64,000 bases of DNA from Candidatus Kapaibacterium sp. GTDB lineage: Bacteria > Bacteroidota > Ignavibacteria > Palsa-1295. The DNA lies in contig JBDTCS010000080.1 in NCBI GenBank assembly GCA_039923455.1, positions 12,079 to 76,078 on the forward strand, read 5' to 3'. Under the pieces are notes generated by a model, which did no database searches, was not told where the DNA came from, and saw only the letters and a program-made list of their open reading frames with translations. The position numbers and the translations under genes are program-made. Positions 58,045 to 64,000 of the stretch are shown in pieces; the first letter of the stretch is position 1; every line of letters begins with the position of its first letter.

Positions 58045-58261
58045 CAAAAAAGACTTAATCTTACAAAGTGCGGTCGAGTCTTTTGTTTTTGCTAAATTCT
58101 AATCCCGTATCTCCTTCACTGCATATCGCTGAGCACAATTCCGGTACAACGCATTCGACAAAACATGCAAAGAATTGGAAAGTCGTGTATACATAGCCAT
58201 ACGACAGGAGTGGTAAGAAATAATACGCAACTAATCTGTCCAGAACAAGTTGTGAAGTGGA

Positions 58262-60670
58262 ATGAAACACTTGTTACTCATCGGGCTTCTGACCATCCTG
58301 TGCGCAACGCGGGTTTGCGCGCAACCCCAGCTTTTAGTATACCCTACGATTAATTCGATCGGTTATGAACTGACGATTCCATCTGGATATGACCCAGATA
58401 CTTCCGCGCACCTTCGGGTTCGCTATCGAATGGGTTCTGGAACATGGCACGAAGGCTTTGAAGCAACACGACTCACGATTGATCGCCTCGATCAGTTTCG
58501 AGGTAGTCTATTCCAACTCAACGCAGGTTCGAGCTATTTTCTTGAGCTGACGTTAACCGATTCAACACCGAGTTATCACAGCGAGGTCTTCAGCGCAACC
58601 GTGTTAACGAGAACCGACCCTGTGATCACACCGACGGAGCATACCCTCTTTGTTGCACCCCACGGCAGCGGGACCTCGTACACGCGCGATAACCCAGGCG
58701 ATCTAAAGCGGCTGCTCACCACAGGAGTTGATTGCGGCACTACGGTCGTACTCCGTGGTGGCGATTACGACGCCGGAGAAATGACGCTCAAACTCAAAGC
58801 AGGGTGCAACACTCCAATCATTTTGATGGCAGAACCTGGTGAGACTCCCGTGATCGACGGTGGCGACTACCAACAATATCATTGGACTCCATCGACGAGC
58901 GATCCGGCACTCTACAGCACGACAATCAAAGACTCGCTCGCCTATAATGCGCTCTGCCTGTTCGATTCCACGCGATTGTATCCTTATGCGTTCCTCACGC
59001 CGAATTCGATCGACCCTTCCTATCCATCGCTCAGCACGCTCGGATATGCCCAATCGGGTTTTTATAGAAAAGGCAGCAACGCGTGGATCAAAACACTCGA
59101 TCACCGCGATCCTAACTCTGCAAGGATCGTCTTTTCAAAATACTTTTGGTGTCTGAATGTCGAAGCCGACGATTCACTTGCATCCATACAGATTAAGGGG
59201 ATTACGTTTCGCTACTATAACAAGGGCAAATCCGATTTCGATATCTTCGGCAATCCGACAGCATCCTATCCTTCGTGGACGCTTCGATTCACAAACATAA
59301 GCAATGCCGTTGTCGATAGCTGCACGTTTCTCTACACGAACCTGCCCATCGTTTTTGATGGTCTATGCAACGGCAATATCGTTCAGCGATGCGTGATGAC
59401 GGATGGAACCGGATACTGGTCGCATGGAGCATTCAAACAAACTCGCGATCAGTATTTTTTTGAAGCGGGAAGCTATGGGCGCTACCTCGAAAGCTCCGGC
59501 ATTTTCTATTCACCGGGTGATAGCACCACTCTGCATGGAAATATCATTCGCGACAATCACATCACAGGTATCGTAAACGCCGTCGGACTTGCCTTCGGAC
59601 AATCCTATCGCATGACGGAGTGGGATATCTATCGCAATGCGATCGACTATTGTTACGATGGGCTCGATCCGACCGCAGCATGCATCAACACCCGGCTGTG
59701 GCAGAACACAATCGCGCATTGTCCGGTAGCGATCTCGCTTATCCTCCCAACGTTTGGCCCGACCTATATTTTTCGAAATCTGATTCATCATATCGCCGAA
59801 CGGGAGAATCAGCACAATGATATCTTCTACGCGGATTGCAACGGCTCGCTCAGTTCGAAGACTTGGGGCACCGGACTAAAGCTCAATGCGGGAAATGGAA
59901 TTCACGAGCCGGGCGTCATCTATTTCATGCACAACACAATCCACTCAAGCGATTCGCTTGGCTTTAACCTGTATCTCTGGAATTCGACGTGGCGTAAGTT
60001 GGTCACCCGCAATAATATTTTTTATAGCGAAGGCACCGCAAATTTAATGTTTGATGGTGTCGCCGGTGATTCATCCTATTCCTTCGATTCAAAAGGCGAT
60101 AATTTCTTTAATCGCCGAACCGGCGACATCGCAATCATTCGGCCCACGCATGGTGTGCAGGATTGCGAAACAGTGAGAGATCCCGCAAGTCTGGACGCTC
60201 GACTAACGGCGATCACGCTAAGCCCGCTCGTTGCCGTCTCAGGAATGAATGTCGATCCAGAGTTCATCGACATTGCTCGTGGCAATTTTCGCCTATTGCA
60301 TTCCAGTCCGATGATCGATCGTGGCATGCTTTTGCCTGGGATCAACGATGAGTACAAGAACAATGCGCCGGACCTTGGCGCATTCGAGGAGGACACCGCT
60401 CAAGCACAAGTCGCACGCACGGTAGCTGTCGCGGACGATTGGCTCACACTCTCTCCAAATCCTGCGTCCACTGTGCTTCACGTCAGCATCAACGGCGAGG
60501 CGGTCGATGCGTTCACGATGCATGATCTTCTCGGTAGAGAAGTCCCGATCAAATTCGCAAACAACGGGCGAGAAATCTCGATCCATGTCGAAGCCTTGCC
60601 AACGGGAGTTTATTTTCTCGATGCGATCAGCAAAAAGCGGATGACGCAGATTCGTTGGATGAAGAAGTAG
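58262..60670 (+). CDS. Secreted right-handed beta-helix (pectin-lyase-fold) protein with a T9SS C-terminal sorting domain
   Basis: Signal peptide. Repeated NxxIxxN/beta-helix rungs (HGNIIRDNHITGIVNAVG, MHNTIHSSDSLGFN). C-terminal LTLSPNPASTVLHVSING...GVYFLDAISKKRMTQIRWMKK is a Por CTD. Confidence 0.6.
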   Translation: MKHLLLIGLLTILCATRVCAQPQLLVYPTINSIGYELTIPSGYDPDTSAHLRVRYRMGSGTWHEGFEATRLTIDRLDQFRGSLFQLNAGSSYFLELTLTDSTPSYHSEVFSATVLTRTDPVITPTEHTLFVAPHGSGTSYTRDNPGDLKRLLTTGVDCGTTVVLRGGDYDAGEMTLKLKAGCNTPIILMAEPGETPVIDGGDYQQYHWTPSTSDPALYSTTIKDSLAYNALCLFDSTRLYPYAFLTPNSIDPSYPSLSTLGYAQSGFYRKGSNAWIKTLDHRDPNSARIVFSKYFWCLNVEADDSLASIQIKGITFRYYNKGKSDFDIFGNPTASYPSWTLRFTNISNAVVDSCTFLYTNLPIVFDGLCNGNIVQRCVMTDGTGYWSHGAFKQTRDQYFFEAGSYGRYLESSGIFYSPGDSTTLHGNIIRDNHITGIVNAVGLAFGQSYRMTEWDIYRNAIDYCYDGLDPTAACINTRLWQNTIAHCPVAISLILPTFGPTYIFRNLIHHIAERENQHNDIFYADCNGSLSSKTWGTGLKLNAGNGIHEPGVIYFMHNTIHSSDSLGFNLYLWNSTWRKLVTRNNIFYSEGTANLMFDGVAGDSSYSFDSKGDNFFNRRTGDIAIIRPTHGVQDCETVRDPASLDARLTAITLSPLVAVSGMNVDPEFIDIARGNFRLLHSSPMIDRGMLLPGINDEYKNNAPDLGAFEEDTAQAQVARTVAVADDWLTLSPNPASTVLHVSINGEAVDAFTMHDLLGREVPIKFANNGREISIHVEALPTGVYFLDAISKKRMTQIRWMKK

Positions 60671-60804
60671 AAGCTTGGGAGAAGTATCCGCACCTTGCGC
60701 ACAAATCCTTTCGCTTCCGTGGTGCTGCATTCGGTTGATGAACCAAACTCCATTTATCCCGTTGCTTATCTTGGTCGTGTACGTACCTTCGTCCGCAAGA
60801 TCTT

Positions 60805-61620
60805 ATGATGTATAATTACGCGACCATCAAACACTCCGACTATAGCGTCTGGCCGAGCATGACGATAAGAAGTTGCTTTGCGCCGGACGGATCCAAGCTC
60901 TACACCTCCGATACTTCTGGGTTCGATATTTTTGATGCGAATACCGGGAAGGTTCAGTTTCATGGCTTGACTCGTAGCCGATATTGTACCTCACTTCATA
61001 TTAGCCACGATGGCAAATGGTTGCTGTTCGCTTCGGACGATGGAAAGATTGAGGTGTTGTCAACTTTAGACAATTCGTCTCTGAAATGTTTTCAGGCCCA
61101 CACGGGATCTGTTGGCGCGGCACAATTTTCCGCAGATGATCGCCTAATCATCTCATCGGGGGAAGACAGCACTATCAAATTCTGGGACGCAAAAACCTTC
61201 GCGCTGCTTGCCACCATCCACGGGCCCGATCGATTTACTGGCGTCGAGATTGCGGACGATGGGAAAGATTTGCTTGGTATTACGCAGAATGCTCTGATTG
61301 ATTATGATTCATTGCCAGCGGGACTGGCCGTTGGTTCGGCTAAGTCAACAGCCGAGGAATTTTCGCTCGATCAAAATTATCCGAATCCGTTTCATGATCA
61401 GAGTACGATCGAATATTCGGTGCCAAGCACTACGCATGTATCGGTTCGCATTGTTGACGAACTCGGTCGAACTATCGGCGATATCATAAGCGCAAATGTT
61501 CAGGCCGGAAAGCACAGCGTGACGCTCACGAGCAAGATGCTGCCCGCGCAGCACGGCGTTTACTTTTATGAAATGACCACACGCTTTGGTGCTAAGGCGA
61601 AGATGTTTCAGGTTTGGTGA
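60805..61620 (+). CDS. WD40-repeat beta-propeller protein with a T9SS C-terminal sorting domain; apparent frameshift separates it from its signal peptide
   Basis: WD-like repeats (HDGKWLLFASDDGKIEV, SADDRLIISSGEDSTIKFWDAKT). CTD NYPNPFHDQSTIEY...GVYFYEMTTRFGAKAKMFQVW. The ORF has no signal peptide. A signal-peptide-like ORF MNQTPFIPLLILVVYVPSSA (60738-60815) lies in the adjacent frame. Confidence 0.5.
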   Translation: MMYNYATIKHSDYSVWPSMTIRSCFAPDGSKLYTSDTSGFDIFDANTGKVQFHGLTRSRYCTSLHISHDGKWLLFASDDGKIEVLSTLDNSSLKCFQAHTGSVGAAQFSADDRLIISSGEDSTIKFWDAKTFALLATIHGPDRFTGVEIADDGKDLLGITQNALIDYDSLPAGLAVGSAKSTAEEFSLDQNYPNPFHDQSTIEYSVPSTTHVSVRIVDELGRTIGDIISANVQAGKHSVTLTSKMLPAQHGVYFYEMTTRFGAKAKMFQVW

Positions 61621-61712
61621 CAAGATGAAGCACTGCTTCAATTAGTGAAAGACCAAACAATGTCTCTGTCGTCTTTTTCTAGCGGTTCGTGTGCGTTCGT
61701 TCGCCGAATGTT

Positions 61713-62765
61713 ATGAATAAATTAAAGTTTGTCGCCGCTTCGCGTTGCATTGTATTCAGCATCTTCCTCGTCTCTCTTTTGCATGTCTTTACAGTTCAGG
61801 CCGTTCAGGCTCAAACTGCATGGCGATATGCAAACCCTCGGCCTTATTGGGGAGCGCTTGAGATGCGGATTGAGAAGTTAAGCACATATCCCCCGATATC
61901 GATTCTCACTCGACCAGAGGTTCTCGCTGGCTATCTCTATTTGAATGACTATGTAAGAAATCGCTCGGTTGCACAGGTAGATTCCTTCTTTGTTGGAATT
62001 ACTTATTCCGATACCCTTCGCGCTTTTGCAAAATATCTTTATATAATTGACGACGAAGACCCACTGCGCTTTTCGCAGTGGCTTACAACAGATCCGTCCC
62101 CCGGATATTATAAATGCACACCAGCACACATGCGGTTTGCTCTCGAAAGTGCAATCGAACGTACGTTCCCAGATACCTTAACTACATCATTTCTGGTTAC
62201 GAGTGATATTATCGCACGCGTAAAGATCATTCGCACGACGGACGTCTTCGATTCTGCCGCAGCTCGGACAAAAAGGGCAGTCCGTGTTGACGCAATCATT
62301 ACTGATGTGATTAAGGGAAAACATGTTCCGACCTGTTTGAATATTTTTTCAACAACAAAAAGCAGAACTTCCACACAACCCGTTGGAACAGTCGGTGTTG
62401 ATACTGCCATAACCGGAAAATGTCTACAATTTGAGTACCGACTCGATTGGTCCCGAATCAAGATTCACGGATCCGATGTGTGGTCTAATGACTCGTTAAT
62501 GGTATCTCCTAGCGGGAAGGAATGGGTACAGAAAGATTCAGAGTATGTTGTCTTTCTGAGATTTTCAGATTTAGGAGAAGATTCAACATATAACTATCGA
62601 GGCCTTAGGTCCAATTGGGGCTACACCCGCTCAGGAGGGATATTCCCGATTAGGGATGGCAAAATTTACGATCCGCAAAACCAGATGAGGTTCGGTACAA
62701 ACGCACCCGCCACTCTTTGGATCAATGCGATTCGTTCAAAGATTTATAGTATCACTAACCCATAA
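61713..62765 (+). CDS. Hypothetical secreted protein
   Basis: Signal peptide MNKLKFVAASRCIVFSIFLVSLLHVFTVQAVQAQ. No recognisable motifs. Confidence 0.4.
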   Translation: MNKLKFVAASRCIVFSIFLVSLLHVFTVQAVQAQTAWRYANPRPYWGALEMRIEKLSTYPPISILTRPEVLAGYLYLNDYVRNRSVAQVDSFFVGITYSDTLRAFAKYLYIIDDEDPLRFSQWLTTDPSPGYYKCTPAHMRFALESAIERTFPDTLTTSFLVTSDIIARVKIIRTTDVFDSAAARTKRAVRVDAIITDVIKGKHVPTCLNIFSTTKSRTSTQPVGTVGVDTAITGKCLQFEYRLDWSRIKIHGSDVWSNDSLMVSPSGKEWVQKDSEYVVFLRFSDLGEDSTYNYRGLRSNWGYTRSGGIFPIRDGKIYDPQNQMRFGTNAPATLWINAIRSKIYSITNP

Positions 62766-63090
62766 AGGAGGCCTCGCATGTTGAATAAGACGCTCAATTC
62801 TATTTAAAGTCAGGCACAAGGATAGACTTCTTCGGCGACACTCTGCGTGACAATGACGAGGTCCACGAAGCTCTAGTGGTCACTATATAGATGACTCCGT
62901 ACGCAGTGTTGAATTTCTCGCCTTCAGAGAGAGTTCTGGCGGTTATTTGGGCTTAGAAATCAGTTAAATTTGCTGTGGAACAATTAAGTTAGCAATCAGT
63001 ACCATTGATAATCTTAGCAATTATGCGAGGTGCGGACTCGAGTGTCTCAGTATCTAACGATCGTCAATCATTTTAATTACGTCAGTACAT

Positions 63091-63498
63091 ATGTACCTCA
63101 TAAAACATTGGGTCACGCTAATTTGTGTTCTTGGATTATCGCAATCGTTATTTGATGTGCTGGGAGCAAATGCGCAAACGCATTCTCATATTGGAGATGA
63201 CTTCCCTCAAATTAGTCAAAGCGCAGACTCCAAGATGCCTTTCGATCCGCTCGATACCTTGCATGGCCCAACCCAGACTGACTTGAACTCCAGTCCTTAT
63301 CCCCGTACACTTAATTCCGTTATGGAAGTTCTCTATTCGGACATAATTGAAGACCACCAATCCATTGGAGATACTACGTTTATCAAGGAGTTTGCACTAG
63401 CGCAAACTGCTTGGCTGAAGTATCGCGAGGCCGAACTCAGGGCGATTCTTCCACCACCCTATACTCGGGAGGCTAGGGGGCAGTATTTTCCCATCTAG
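63091..63498 (+). pseudogene. DUF1311 (LprI-like lysozyme-inhibitor) family secreted protein, probably frameshifted
   Basis: Signal peptide. AQTAWLKYREAEL resembles the DUF1311 AW..YRDAEC core. The expected C-terminal part (YEGDACGSS...ELKELRLKKRL) continues in the +1 frame at 63480-63654, after an A7 run. Confidence 0.35.
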
Positions 63499-63821
63499 TT
63501 GGGGAGAATATTATGTAGCGTTGACAAAAAAACGTCTTGAAGAATTTATGATGCGGTACAATGGAAGTCCTTATGAAGGAGACGCATGCGGCAGCAGCTA
63601 TCTGCCGACCAGTGAGTTGAAGGAACTTCGCCTGAAGAAGCGTTTGAGCCGGTGATGGTGTTTCTCAAATAATTACCAATGCTTTTGATGAATCCATTGA
63701 TTCTGCTGGCTTGCAGCAGAGACCGAGGAAGGGACAGAGTATTAAGTATATTGCAAGGACTATTTAACAAGAAGGACAAGCGTGTGAGAGAGTTCGAACG
63801 ATCGCACAGTGGAGATTAGTT

Positions 63822-64000
63822 ATGAATAGACGTGATGTGCTCACAGGAATCGGCGCTGGTGCTGCGATGTTGCTCGCAGATGGTTTCAGAATAAGAGCTT
63901 CTCCACGAAGCGAGTTCAGGTCTGCCGATCTACCAAAGTTGGCCATAACGATAGATGATCCCACCACGAATGCACCAGCACTGTACGATGCTAATAAGAA
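63822..64000 (+). CDS. Tat-signal secreted protein, partial (polysaccharide-deacetylase-like N-terminus); runs off the window
   Basis: GGAGA RBS then ATG at 63822. MNRRDVLTGIGAGAAMLLA twin-arginine signal. LAITIDDP resembles the NodB TFDDG motif. Truncated at 64000. Confidence 0.5.
   Translation, partial: MNRRDVLTGIGAGAAMLLADGFRIRASPRSEFRSADLPKLAITIDDPTTNAPALYDANK

Overview
This 64-kb window is a chromosomal segment from a moderate-GC (roughly 50%) Gram-negative bacterium. Several secreted proteins end in Por/T9SS C-terminal sorting domains, a small-type SRP RNA is present, and there are many outer-membrane beta-barrel proteins, so the host is probably in the FCB group (Bacteroidota / Ignavibacteriota / Chlorobiota-like). 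That taxonomic call is inference. The window is gene-dense and mostly housekeeping: uppS-bamA, SRP RNA, RNase E/G, an S1-domain protein, ArfB, an M16 peptidase pair, an ECF sigma factor, KsgA/RsmA, HflX, MscL, queD-folE, a peroxide-stress cluster (Fur/PerR-like regulator, glycosyltransferase, rubrerythrin, HdrD-like Fe-S protein, DUF3501), a split MetH, XerD, a 7TM-HD protein and one initiator tRNA. No phage, transposon, CRISPR or obvious defence island was seen. The ORF track does not list window-edge-truncated genes, and many of its starts are TTG/GTG codons. I therefore added a partial bamA at the left edge and a partial Tat-signal deacetylase-like gene at the right edge, and moved several starts to internal ATGs that expose signal or lipoprotein peptides. 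The most unusual structures are listed here. (1) An array of one canonical initiator tRNA-Met plus three tRNA-derived repeat units that carry GC-rich palindromic insertions, each unit with its own terminator-like hairpin. (2) A family of short tandem repeats (15-bp x4 and 17-bp x4, shared core CGGTAA..TAGA) that sit exactly on the stop codons of two unrelated genes. (3) An M1 metallopeptidase fused to a C-terminal outer-membrane beta-barrel-like domain. (4) A structured leader with a terminator hairpin in front of a B12-domain-less metH, plus a perfect 9-1-9 palindrome in front of the divergent fur-like gene. (5) A 1.25-kb ORF-free region between ffs and the RNase E/G gene that contains 21-bp tandem repeats. 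(6) Two frameshifted secreted-protein genes near the right end. All functional calls rest on motif-level reading of translated sequence, not on database searches.
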